Part shown: positions 1 to 8,968 of the stretch, piece by piece | Position numbering within the stretch: the stretch's first letter is position 1 | How the letters are laid out: each line of letters begins with the position of its first letter | Assembly: GCA_016926395.1 (NCBI GenBank) | Contig: JAFGOT010000012.1 | Coordinates: 1-43,595, forward strand | Length of the DNA stretch: 43,595 nucleotides | Reading direction: 5' to 3' | Origin: Candidatus Woesearchaeota archaeon | Lineage (GTDB): Archaea; Nanobdellota; Nanobdellia; Woesearchaeales; SKGA01 | Made by a program: the position numbers and the translations under genes | Notes under the pieces: generated by a model | What the model was told of the DNA's origin: nothing | Seen by the model: the letters and a program-made list of their open reading frames with translations, nothing else | Databases searched by the model: none

Positions 1-191
1 AATAATACGTGGTGCTAGACAATGAAAAACAAAAAAAGTTTTTCAAGCCTTGCACAACACAGGTAAAACATAATGAATGACAAACTAATAATACGTGGTG
101 CTAGACAATGAAAAACAAAAAAAGTTTTTCAAGCCTTGCACAACACAGGTAAAACATAATGAATGACAAATTAATAGTGCGTGGTGCAAGA
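1..191 (+). repeat. 86-bp tandem repeat (about 2.2 copies visible) containing the uvrA leader and a diverged copy of its first 12 codons
   Basis: 1-84 is identical to 87-170; the third copy continues imperfectly into the uvrA start; the unit contains the mini-ORF 73-111 MNDKLIIRGARQ*. Confidence 0.95.
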
Positions 192-2945
192 GAACACAAT
201 TTGCAAAACATAGACATCACTTTACCTAGAGATAAATTTATTGTAATTACAGGCCTTAGTGGGAGTGGAAAGTCAACACTCGCATTTGACACCATATATG
301 CAGAAGGTCAAAGAAGATATGTTGAATCATTATCAGCATACGCTCGTCAATTTCTAAACTTAATGAACAAACCAGATGTTGATAACATAGAAGGTTTAAG
401 TCCGGCAATTTCTATTGAACAAAAAACAACTAGTAAAAATCCTCGATCAACAGTTGGAACAGTAACAGAAATTTATGATTATTTAAGATTATTATTTGCG
501 CGTGTTGGAGTTCCACACTGCCCTGAACACAAAACCCCAATAAAAAGACAATCAGCATCTAGCATAAAAAATCAGATTATAAAAAAGTATAATGGAAAAG
601 AAGTTGGAATATTTGCTCCTGTAATAAGACATAAAAAAGGAACATATGAAACACTCCTAAAAGAATTTTACGACCAAGGATATCTACAAGCAGAAGTTGA
701 TGGAAAACCACACCCTACAGATGAAGAAATAAAACTTGATAGATACAAACAACACGATATTAGCATTCTAATCGACATAATAACAGTCAGCGAAGATGAA
801 AGCGATAGAATACTTGAAGCAGTAGAAGGAGCACTAAAACTTGCAAATGGCCTTGTAAAAGTTGAGAAAGATACATATAGTGAACACATGGCATGTAGTA
901 AGTGCGGTTATTCTCTTGAAGAACTTCAACCAAGAATGTTCTCATTTAACACACCATACGGTGCATGCGCTAGTTGCACTGGGCTTGGCTTTAAACAAGA
1001 AGTAGATCCAGATTTAGTAATCCCAAATAAGGGACTTAGCATTGCAGAAGGCGCGATTGCAGTCTATAGTAAAATGGACAGTTCTTGGAGAGGACAACAA
1101 CTAGAAGCAGTTGGTAAAAAGTTTGGATTTAATCTTTGGACACCAATAAAAAAAATGTCAAAGAAACAACTTGACGTTCTGCTTTATGGAACGGATGAAG
1201 AAATCAAAGCAACATGGAGCACGGGCGCTACAATGAATTTCGAAAATGGATGGGAAGGAGTAATCCCTCAAACCATGAGACTTTACATGCAAACAGAATC
1301 CGATTATAGACGAAAAGAACTTGAAAAATTTATGCAACAACTTCCTTGTCCAACATGTCATGGTAAAAGATTAAATGAAAAAATACTAGCAGTATCAATC
1401 GATAAGAAAAACATAATTGATGTTACAGATTTAAGTGTTGAAAAAGCACTAACATGGTTTAAAGGACTTGAATTCGCGGTTGATGAAAAACAAATAGCAA
1501 CACCAATACTAAAAGAAATAATTTCGCGATTAACATTTCTATCAAATGTCGGCCTTAGCTACCTAACATTATCAAGAAATGCAGGAACACTATCAGGCGG
1601 CGAAGCACAAAGAATTAGACTTGCAACACAAATAGGTGCAAACCTAACAGGAGTATTATACGTTCTTGATGAACCAAGTATAGGACTTCACCAAAGAGAT
1701 AATAACAAATTAATCAAGACACTTCACAAATTAAGAGATTTAGGAAACACATTAATAGTTGTTGAACATGATGAAGATACAATTGAATCAGCAGACCATG
1801 TTGTAGATATAGGACCTGGAGCAGGAATTCATGGCGGAAAAATAATCGCGCAAGGAACACCTCAAGATATTAAAGATTGTACTCAATCACTCACAGGACA
1901 ATACTTAAGCGGTAAGAAAAAAATAAGTTATAGACCAAAACGTCGAGAACCAAAAGGATGGTTTATGATTAAAGGCGCACAAGAAAATAACTTAAAAAAT
2001 ATTGATGTGATGTTTCCAACAGGAGTTATGACGCTCGTAACAGGAGTTAGTGGAAGTGGAAAATCAACACTGGTTCACCAAATTCTCTACAAAGGACTTG
2101 TAAAAGAAATCCACGGCACGAGAGTAAATCCGGGAAAACACAAAAGCATAGAAGGAGCTCATAGCTTTGAAAAAGTAATAATCATCGATCAATCGCCAAT
2201 TGGAAAAACCCCAAGAAGCAATCCTGCAACATACACAAAAGTATTTGATGATATAAGAACACTATTTGCGATGACAACAGAAGCAAAAGTTAGAGGATAT
2301 CAAGTTGGAAGATTCTCATTTAACGTAAAAGGCGGAAGATGCGAGAAATGTGCAGGCGAGGGAGAAATCAAGATAGAAATGAATTTCTTACCAGATGTTT
2401 TTGTAGAATGTGATGAATGTAAAGGGCACAGATATAATAAAGAAACATTAGAAGTAAAATATAAAGGAAAAAGCATCGCAGAAGTTTTAGAAACAAGCGT
2501 TGATGAAGCACTTCCATTCTTTGAAAATATTCCTTCAATAAAAAGAAAACTCCAGACATTAGTTGATGTTGGTCTTGGATATTTAAAATTAGGACAAAGC
2601 TCAAACACCCTATCAGGCGGAGAAAGTCAAAGAATTAAGCTGACAAGAGAATTGTCTAAACGAGGAAACGATAAGACACTTTACATCCTTGATGAACCAA
2701 CAACAGGACTACATTTTCATGATATAAACAACTTACTTAAAGTGCTTAACAGATTAGTTGATCAAGGAAGCACGATGATTATAATCGAACACAACCTTGA
2801 CATAATAAAAAACGCAGATTGGGTGGTGGATTTAGGACCAGAAGGAGGAGAACATGGCGGAGAAGTCATTGCATCTGGAACTCCTGAAGAAATAGCTAAG
2901 TCTAAAAAAAGCCACACAGCCAAATTCTTAAAAAAAGTTCTTTAG
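159..2945 (+). CDS. uvrA: Excinuclease ABC subunit A
   Basis: Two ABC ATPase modules (GLSGSGKS, GVSGSGKS, LSGGEAQR, LSGGESQR, LDEPS/LDEPT) and CxxC Zn fingers; 928 aa. Confidence 0.98.
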   Translation: MNDKLIVRGAREHNLQNIDITLPRDKFIVITGLSGSGKSTLAFDTIYAEGQRRYVESLSAYARQFLNLMNKPDVDNIEGLSPAISIEQKTTSKNPRSTVGTVTEIYDYLRLLFARVGVPHCPEHKTPIKRQSASSIKNQIIKKYNGKEVGIFAPVIRHKKGTYETLLKEFYDQGYLQAEVDGKPHPTDEEIKLDRYKQHDISILIDIITVSEDESDRILEAVEGALKLANGLVKVEKDTYSEHMACSKCGYSLEELQPRMFSFNTPYGACASCTGLGFKQEVDPDLVIPNKGLSIAEGAIAVYSKMDSSWRGQQLEAVGKKFGFNLWTPIKKMSKKQLDVLLYGTDEEIKATWSTGATMNFENGWEGVIPQTMRLYMQTESDYRRKELEKFMQQLPCPTCHGKRLNEKILAVSIDKKNIIDVTDLSVEKALTWFKGLEFAVDEKQIATPILKEIISRLTFLSNVGLSYLTLSRNAGTLSGGEAQRIRLATQIGANLTGVLYVLDEPSIGLHQRDNNKLIKTLHKLRDLGNTLIVVEHDEDTIESADHVVDIGPGAGIHGGKIIAQGTPQDIKDCTQSLTGQYLSGKKKISYRPKRREPKGWFMIKGAQENNLKNIDVMFPTGVMTLVTGVSGSGKSTLVHQILYKGLVKEIHGTRVNPGKHKSIEGAHSFEKVIIIDQSPIGKTPRSNPATYTKVFDDIRTLFAMTTEAKVRGYQVGRFSFNVKGGRCEKCAGEGEIKIEMNFLPDVFVECDECKGHRYNKETLEVKYKGKSIAEVLETSVDEALPFFENIPSIKRKLQTLVDVGLGYLKLGQSSNTLSGGESQRIKLTRELSKRGNDKTLYILDEPTTGLHFHDINNLLKVLNRLVDQGSTMIIIEHNLDIIKNADWVVDLGPEGGEHGGEVIASGTPEEIAKSKKSHTAKFLKKVL

Positions 2946-2980
2946 AAAGATTTATCAAGTTTTGATTTCTGTAAAACAAC

Positions 2981-3502
2981 ATGGAAGAAGTAGAAGTAAA
3001 AATATTAGAAGTTGATAGACCTAAATGTGAAAAAATACTCCTTGATTTAGGAGCGGAGAAAATATTTGAAGGCACTATAAAGACAGTGGCTTTTGATAAT
3101 GGAAATAAAACACTAACAACAGATAAACAATTCATAAGACTTCGAAAAGAAAATGAAAAAAACGTTTTAGGCTTTAAAGGAAGAATAAAAAACAAAGAAG
3201 CCAAAGTGATGGAAGAGATAGAAACCGAAGTTGGCGATTTTGATAAAACAGTACAAATTCTTGAAAGGGTTGGGTTCACAATATGGACTCAAAATACAAA
3301 AGACAGAATTAGCTACAAACTAGAAGGAGTGAGATTCGATTTTGATAAATATAATGAAGAATACTCATACATCCCTGAATTTTTAGAGATTGAAGGAGAA
3401 AATATTGAAGTTATCAGAAAGTATGCAAAAATTCTTGGATTTGAAGATGAAGAACTTAAACCATGGGGATTTGGAAAACTCAATAATAAATATAAATCTT
3501 AG
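2981..3502 (+). CDS. CYTH-domain protein (class IV adenylate cyclase / triphosphate tunnel metalloenzyme family)
   Basis: N-terminal EVEVK (ExExK), IRLR and FLEIE motifs. Confidence 0.85.
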   Translation: MEEVEVKILEVDRPKCEKILLDLGAEKIFEGTIKTVAFDNGNKTLTTDKQFIRLRKENEKNVLGFKGRIKNKEAKVMEEIETEVGDFDKTVQILERVGFTIWTQNTKDRISYKLEGVRFDFDKYNEEYSYIPEFLEIEGENIEVIRKYAKILGFEDEELKPWGFGKLNNKYKS

Positions 3503-3539
3503 AAAATATTAAATAATAATAATTTTAGAAAGGGATATT

Positions 3540-3926
3540 ATGGATAGATTAATTACTGAATTTGAACTTGAAGCTAGCAGATGTATTCACCAAGTCCTTA
3601 ATGAAAATCTTCTCGGGCAAGAAAATGGAAATTATCCTCGATTTAAAGAACAACATATGAGGGTTATGATTAGAGAGGATTTTGAACATCATTTGCTTCG
3701 GGCAATACACAACCCAAGACTAAAAGAAACCATAGAAGAACACCAACTTAACCAAAAAGATTTTGAAATGATTCTAAAACAACTAAAAGCACACCTAGGA
3801 CCTCTTTTAAAAACTAAACTAAAACGTGAAAAAGATGAATTTAATGTTGAAAACTACATCAAAGACCAAAACGCAATAATAAAGGTTCAGTTAAACAGGT
3901 ATTTAAACACAGTGAATAAAGCTTAG
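3540..3926 (+). CDS. Hypothetical protein (helical)
   Basis: 128-aa ORF in the gene-dense + strand run; no recognised motif. Confidence 0.65.
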   Translation: MDRLITEFELEASRCIHQVLNENLLGQENGNYPRFKEQHMRVMIREDFEHHLLRAIHNPRLKETIEEHQLNQKDFEMILKQLKAHLGPLLKTKLKREKDEFNVENYIKDQNAIIKVQLNRYLNTVNKA

Positions 3927-3961
3927 AAAGGTATAAAAGTCAATAAAGCATTCTATTTTTT

Positions 3962-4333
3962 GTGCAAAACTACAACTATAACAAAGAAGAAACTTATTTT
4001 TCTATAATTAAAGATAAATTTGAAAGCCTAGAGAGGGTTAAAAAACTTCGAGCATATCAAAAACACCATCCTTGGGCAAAAGTTAGATATTTAGCAATAG
4101 GGTATGCACTTTGGTGGGGATTAAAAATTGGCGCTGTAGCATATGGACCTACAATAATTGACAACATAAAAGACAATTTAAATAAAGACGCTAGAAAAGA
4201 AAAATTAGAACAAACAATAGATAGCATGCAAATAAACAACAACGAATTCTCAGAACAATTTATGATAAAACCAGATACAACAATAGAAGAAAAAATAAAA
4301 AGATACGAGTCATTAGAAAGTCTAATTGAATAG
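3962..4333 (+). CDS. Hypothetical protein with one hydrophobic segment
   Basis: 123-aa ORF with a GTG start; hydrophobic stretch YLAIGYALWWGLKIGAVAYG. Confidence 0.6.
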   Translation: MQNYNYNKEETYFSIIKDKFESLERVKKLRAYQKHHPWAKVRYLAIGYALWWGLKIGAVAYGPTIIDNIKDNLNKDARKEKLEQTIDSMQINNNEFSEQFMIKPDTTIEEKIKRYESLESLIE

Positions 4334-5026
4334 ACTCATTATGCTAAGAGCAGTGTGCAAGAAACCAACCTTTATCATCCTACCAAAAGAAGTTCCAACA
4401 AATTTAATATCGCCACTTCGTTTTAATTCTCTATAAGTTTCCATTGGATAATCAGAACTTGTTAATTGCTCAATAGCAGCAATCCCACTGACATGAAGTT
4501 CATATTCAGGATAATCAACAGCACCACATTCAATAGTAGTAATTTTCTTATCTTCAAGTTTTAGATATGCAACAGGAGTTCCATTAAGATAAAAATTAAA
4601 ACTATCATAAGTAAAAGGAATATAGCTAGGAAGCTCTAAACCAATTAAATCATTCTCTTCAGTTAAAAATGAACAAAGACTAGCACCAACTAAAGTGTTA
4701 AATATCGAGCTAACATTGGAGTTTTCTTCTAAAGCTGACAAATTTACATCACTAACATCAACTTCCGCCATAATATCTTCCCAAGCAGAAGGAGGAATAG
4801 CATCCAAATCACAATCAGTAGCTAAAGGAGCAATAGCAGCTAAGTTTTCATCAGTTAATTTGCCACTTTCAAGAAGCTGAGTTACCTGCATAGACTCCTC
4901 GGGAGTTAAGTTACAATGAGCAAGAACGTCTTCTCCAACGGCTAAAACGCCTGGAATGATAGCAACTAATAATAAAAACCAAATAAACAATTTTTGTGAC
5001 ATAAACAAATTACTAAGAATGAACAT
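4322..5026 (-). CDS. Secreted or membrane-anchored protein with a possible SCP2-like C-terminal domain
   Basis: N-terminal signal or TM segment, acidic linker, and a C-terminal pattern (LKLEDKKITTIECG...PEYELHV...YRELKRSGDIKFVG...KVGF) resembling SCP2-like domains, judged by eye. Confidence 0.6.
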   Translation of the reverse strand: MFILSNLFMSQKLFIWFLLLVAIIPGVLAVGEDVLAHCNLTPEESMQVTQLLESGKLTDENLAAIAPLATDCDLDAIPPSAWEDIMAEVDVSDVNLSALEENSNVSSIFNTLVGASLCSFLTEENDLIGLELPSYIPFTYDSFNFYLNGTPVAYLKLEDKKITTIECGAVDYPEYELHVSGIAAIEQLTSSDYPMETYRELKRSGDIKFVGTSFGRMIKVGFLHTALSIMSLFN

Positions 5027-5079
5027 TTATAAATTTAACTTAGGAAAGTTTAAATGCAAACTAAAAGTTAAGAATCTAT

Positions 5080-6660
5080 ATGAAAGCACCTTTCGACTTG
5101 ACAAAGATAAGCGATAAGCCAGGATGTTATATTTACAAAGACATAACTGACACAATAATCTATGTTGGAAAGGCAAAAAATCTTAAAAAAAGAGTATCAA
5201 GTTATTTCTCTAAAAATTACTTAGATCTTAAAACAGCACAATTAGTTGAGAATATAAAAAGTGTAGAGACAATAATAACAAAGAACGAAGTTGAAGCACT
5301 TCTTTTAGAATCTAATCTTATACGACAACATAAACCAAGATACAATATTGATTTAAAATATGGGATGAGATATGCATGGATTGTTCTAACAAACGAAGAA
5401 TATCCTCGATTAATAACAGCAAGAAGTAGAAATCTAGACGGAGAATATTTTGGACCATTTGTTAGCGGAAACCTCAGACGAGTACTTCTTGATGTCCTGC
5501 GTAAAAAATTCTACATACGAACATGTCGTGTTCTTCCAAAAAAACCATGTCTTAGATATCACATCGGAGTATGTAAAGCACCGTGTGTTAAAAAACAAAC
5601 ACAAAAAGAATACGAAGAAAACGTAGAACAGGTAAGAACATATCTTCGAGGGAAGAATAAAGAACTCATAAAAGACTTGCAAAAACAGATGAAAGAAGCC
5701 GCTGCAAAAACAAACTTTGAATTGGCAAAAATACATAAAGAACAAATTGATTCACTAGAATACTTACAAAATCAAATGCTCGTTGAAAACTCCAGACTTG
5801 AAGAACAAGATGTTATTAACTACAAAAAATACACATCACAAAAAGATAACAAAGATTACGTAGAAGTAATAGTGTTTGGATTTAGACGAGGAGTCTTGTC
5901 GCAAAAACAAACATTCACAATAGCAGATGAAGAAAATGCACTTGAAGAGTTCATAAAAAGATTCTATGAAGTTGAAAAACCACCAAGTGAAATAATAATC
6001 CCTCATGAAATAGAAGATAATAGTTTAGAAAAATACTTAGAAGAAATATCAGGACACAAAGTCAGCTTAACCATCCCTCAAAGAGGGATGAAAAAAGAAC
6101 TATTAGAGTTAGTTGATAAAAACATTGATGAAGAAATAAGCTACGCAGAAAGTTTAGCCTTTGAAATAAAAGACAATCTAAATCTTGAGAAACCTGTTAG
6201 AACGATAGAATGTTTTGACATCTCACACTTAGGCGGAACAAACACCGTAGCATCAATGGTTCATTTCAAAGACGGCAAACCAGTAAAAAGCAAATACAGA
6301 AAGTTTAAGATACAAACAGTAGAGGGAATAGATGACTTTAGATCAATGAACGAAGTTATTACAAGACGATACTCCCGTTTGAAAAAAGAAAAAAGAGAAT
6401 ACCCAGATTTAATACTCATTGATGGAGGATCTCAACAAGTAGCATTTGCAAAAAAAGCACTCGATGCAATCGGTGTAAATATTCCAATGGTTGGACTTGC
6501 TAAAAAGTTTGAAGAAATATATTTTCCAGACAAAAAAGACCCAATAAGATTTGATAAAAATTCAAACATGATGAAGGTGTTCATAAATGCAAGAGATGAA
6601 ACACACAGGTTTGGAGTAACATTTCAAAGAAGTTTACGCTCAAAAGAGCTTAAAAAGTAA
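5080..6660 (+). CDS. uvrC: Excinuclease ABC subunit C, lacking the C-terminal (HhH)2 domain
   Basis: GIY-YIG (PGCYIY...IIYVGKAKNLKKRV), Cys cluster, UVR helix, RNase H-like domain (ECFDISH, DDF, LIDGG, RDETHRF). Confidence 0.95.
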   Translation: MKAPFDLTKISDKPGCYIYKDITDTIIYVGKAKNLKKRVSSYFSKNYLDLKTAQLVENIKSVETIITKNEVEALLLESNLIRQHKPRYNIDLKYGMRYAWIVLTNEEYPRLITARSRNLDGEYFGPFVSGNLRRVLLDVLRKKFYIRTCRVLPKKPCLRYHIGVCKAPCVKKQTQKEYEENVEQVRTYLRGKNKELIKDLQKQMKEAAAKTNFELAKIHKEQIDSLEYLQNQMLVENSRLEEQDVINYKKYTSQKDNKDYVEVIVFGFRRGVLSQKQTFTIADEENALEEFIKRFYEVEKPPSEIIIPHEIEDNSLEKYLEEISGHKVSLTIPQRGMKKELLELVDKNIDEEISYAESLAFEIKDNLNLEKPVRTIECFDISHLGGTNTVASMVHFKDGKPVKSKYRKFKIQTVEGIDDFRSMNEVITRRYSRLKKEKREYPDLILIDGGSQQVAFAKKALDAIGVNIPMVGLAKKFEEIYFPDKKDPIRFDKNSNMMKVFINARDETHRFGVTFQRSLRSKELKK

Positions 6661-6719
6661 AATAAGGCTTTTTAAGTCGTTCTAAAAGTTTAATAATTAG
6701 TTTATCTATAAGTAATAAT

Positions 6720-6983
6720 ATGAGCGGGGAAGATTTAAGACCCGCTAGTGAATGGGAACCCCCCGCAGGAATGATGATAGCGGGCACCGTACTTTTGGCT
6801 GCAGGCATATCCAACAGCACCACGGGGGTGTGCTGTATCGGATTGTTAATGATACTGATAGCTATTTTCTGGCTTCTAAAAATAAGAATGAAAAAACTAG
6901 ACCCAAATGTGAAAGAATTATCTCCAAGAAACGATTTAGAACAAAGAGATAAACACAGCCATAGCAGCAGGATTAGTGAGTAA
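6720..6983 (+). CDS. Small membrane protein
   Basis: 87 aa with two hydrophobic segments. Confidence 0.55.
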   Translation: MSGEDLRPASEWEPPAGMMIAGTVLLAAGISNSTTGVCCIGLLMILIAIFWLLKIRMKKLDPNVKELSPRNDLEQRDKHSHSSRISE

Positions 6984-7106
6984 ACAAAAAACTAATTGAT
7001 AAATGAGTTAACAATCAACTTAAAAGAATCTTGAAAATTCGGCTTATCAAAAAAAGACCAAAATAAAAGGAAAAACTATAAATAATCTACTGTAAAAAAT
7101 AATAGT

Positions 7107-7580
7107 ATGGAATTAGAAATAGCTAAAAAAACAGACATAGAAGAACTAAAGCAAATTTGTAACGAGTTTAGCAAACAAGAAGAAGATGATTTGAATATAA
7201 AAGATAAAATAAAAAATCCATATAATACCAAAAAAGGAATAGAATTTATACAAACATATATCACTAAAAGAAATAGAACAGTTTTTATCATAAGAAATAA
7301 AAAGAAAAACATAGTCGCGTTTTTATTTGCAAAAATTAATCCTCCAAAATTTAATTCTAAAAAACCAATAAAAGCAGATTTGACTATGATGTATGTTAAA
7401 GCACATTATCGAAGTAAAGGTCTTGGAAAACAATTAACTGACGAATTTAAAGTTTGGGCAAATAAAAAGGGAGCGGACAAGCTCAATGTTACTCTATGGA
7501 CCCATAACAAAAAAGCAGATAAATTCTACAGACGCGAAGGGTTCAAAACCTCAACCACCACCCTTGAAATGAACAGTTAA
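7107..7580 (+). CDS. GNAT family N-acetyltransferase
   Basis: Acetyl-CoA motif YVKAHYRSKGLGKQL and C-terminal N...A..FYRREGF. Confidence 0.9.
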   Translation: MELEIAKKTDIEELKQICNEFSKQEEDDLNIKDKIKNPYNTKKGIEFIQTYITKRNRTVFIIRNKKKNIVAFLFAKINPPKFNSKKPIKADLTMMYVKAHYRSKGLGKQLTDEFKVWANKKGADKLNVTLWTHNKKADKFYRREGFKTSTTTLEMNS

Positions 7581-7581
7581 G

Positions 7582-8382
7582 TTAAGCAATCATAACAGAC
7601 TGATCGCCCTTCTCATCAAGACGATCTAAACCAGAACGAAAAATAAGTCTGCTTGAATAATCATCAGGAACACAACGATACTGCGGATTATCAATAGGTT
7701 CGCTGCCCGTTGTTTCATAAGCCTTAACACAATTACAAGAATCACTAGACTTAGTGCAAACATCCCAAGAAGAAATAATTTCTTTATCGTAGCGAGGAAT
7801 ACAAAGTTTAACACCTATTTGAGTCATGTACTCATCAAAATTATTTGGACAAATATCAACGCAAATACCGCCAGTATCATTTGCAAATTTGACAGGATCA
7901 AAACCCTTAGCAGGTTCACCACTACAAACAACAAAAGAAATTTCCTCGCAAGAGCCAGAATAATAATTCATAGCACCACTAGAGCAGGCAGAACAACCAT
8001 TACCATAAGTTTTAGCATCAACACTAGGACAAGGAGCTTTAATACAACGAATACCATTATCAACTAAACCACAAACTGGAAAGTATTCCATCGTGCAAGC
8101 TTGAGCATCTTTTTCTTGCTCAGAGCAAACATGAAACTCAGGTTTTAAAACAATTTGGTCATCAGATCCAGGAAGAATGTCACCATCAGAAATATTATTT
8201 ATGTCTTCAACAAAAGTTTGTCCATCAGCAGAGCATTGACGAGGATAACTTTCCATAACAGGATTACCAGCCAAAACACAATCATCAAAGGTAGATATAA
8301 CAGGTTTCTCAACAGGAGCGCTTTGAGAACAAGCAGTGAAAACAACAGCAAAGATAGTTAAAATGATTAAAGCGAGTTTCAT
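7582..8382 (-). CDS. Cys-rich lipoprotein with a Kazal-like module
   Basis: Lipobox-like VFTA-C; module FDDCVLAGNPVMESYPRQC; Kazal-like ACTMEYFPVCG...TYGNGCSAC. Confidence 0.75.
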   Translation of the reverse strand: MKLALIILTIFAVVFTACSQSAPVEKPVISTFDDCVLAGNPVMESYPRQCSADGQTFVEDINNISDGDILPGSDDQIVLKPEFHVCSEQEKDAQACTMEYFPVCGLVDNGIRCIKAPCPSVDAKTYGNGCSACSSGAMNYYSGSCEEISFVVCSGEPAKGFDPVKFANDTGGICVDICPNNFDEYMTQIGVKLCIPRYDKEIISSWDVCTKSSDSCNCVKAYETTGSEPIDNPQYRCVPDDYSSRLIFRSGLDRLDEKGDQSVMIA

Positions 8383-8515
8383 GGAGTAAATAATATATTA
8401 AGTTATATTAAAAGGTTTTGAAGACTTCAAAGGGGAATGAAGTGAAACAAATAATGGAAAGTTATCCCATAAAACAAGAACATTTATTTATTTTAATATA
8501 TATTCTCAAAAGTCA

Positions 8516-8968
8516 ATGAAAGTAAAAACACGCAGTCAAATAATAATTGAAATTTTAAAAGATGCTTGCAACAGACCATCTAACCAACTTAAAACGGTTG
8601 AAGAATACATAACACATAAAGAGATAGACTCAGAATATTATGGATTTGGATTTGAAGAATTTAAACAATTAATAAATCAAGGATATTTAGCATATTGGGA
8701 ACCAAATGAAGAAGAAAAATCATTACCAGAACATAAAAAATCCGTTATTGCAACGCCTAAAGCAACAGAACTTATGGAATCTAGACAGAATAGACTCATC
8801 GCAGAAAAGGCAATCACAGTTACAATGTATATAGGTTTAACATCAATATTTGTAGCTGCAGTAGGGAATATGGGCGGAGGCTCAGCCGCTGCATTTGGAG
8901 CAGGATTATTCACATTCATAGGGGGATTAGGATTAATAAAAACAATAAATAACGAGAAAGAAAAATGA
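8516..8968 (+). CDS. Hypothetical membrane protein (possible wHTH-like N-terminus, two C-terminal TM segments)
   Basis: 150-aa ORF with a hydrophobic C-terminus; overlaps the next ORF by 4 nt (ATGA). Confidence 0.65.
   Translation: MKVKTRSQIIIEILKDACNRPSNQLKTVEEYITHKEIDSEYYGFGFEEFKQLINQGYLAYWEPNEEEKSLPEHKKSVIATPKATELMESRQNRLIAEKAITVTMYIGLTSIFVAAVGNMGGGSAAAFGAGLFTFIGGLGLIKTINNEKEK

Noticed and set aside
1-191. CRISPR array interpretation of the 86-bp repeat
   Set aside because: The units are contiguous with no unique spacers, too long for CRISPR repeats, and derived from the uvrA 5' region; no cas genes are present.
101-2608. Short antisense ORFs within uvrA, and similar 60-165 aa shadow ORFs opposite uvrC, cbf5, tpiA, lgt and others
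   Set aside because: They overlap well-supported genes on the other strand or frame and have the F/L/S-rich composition expected from the reverse of A-rich coding DNA.
8417-8431. Palindrome TTTGAAG-A-CTTCAAA between divergent genes
   Set aside because: Short, AT-rich and single-copy; could be an operator but is indistinguishable from chance here.
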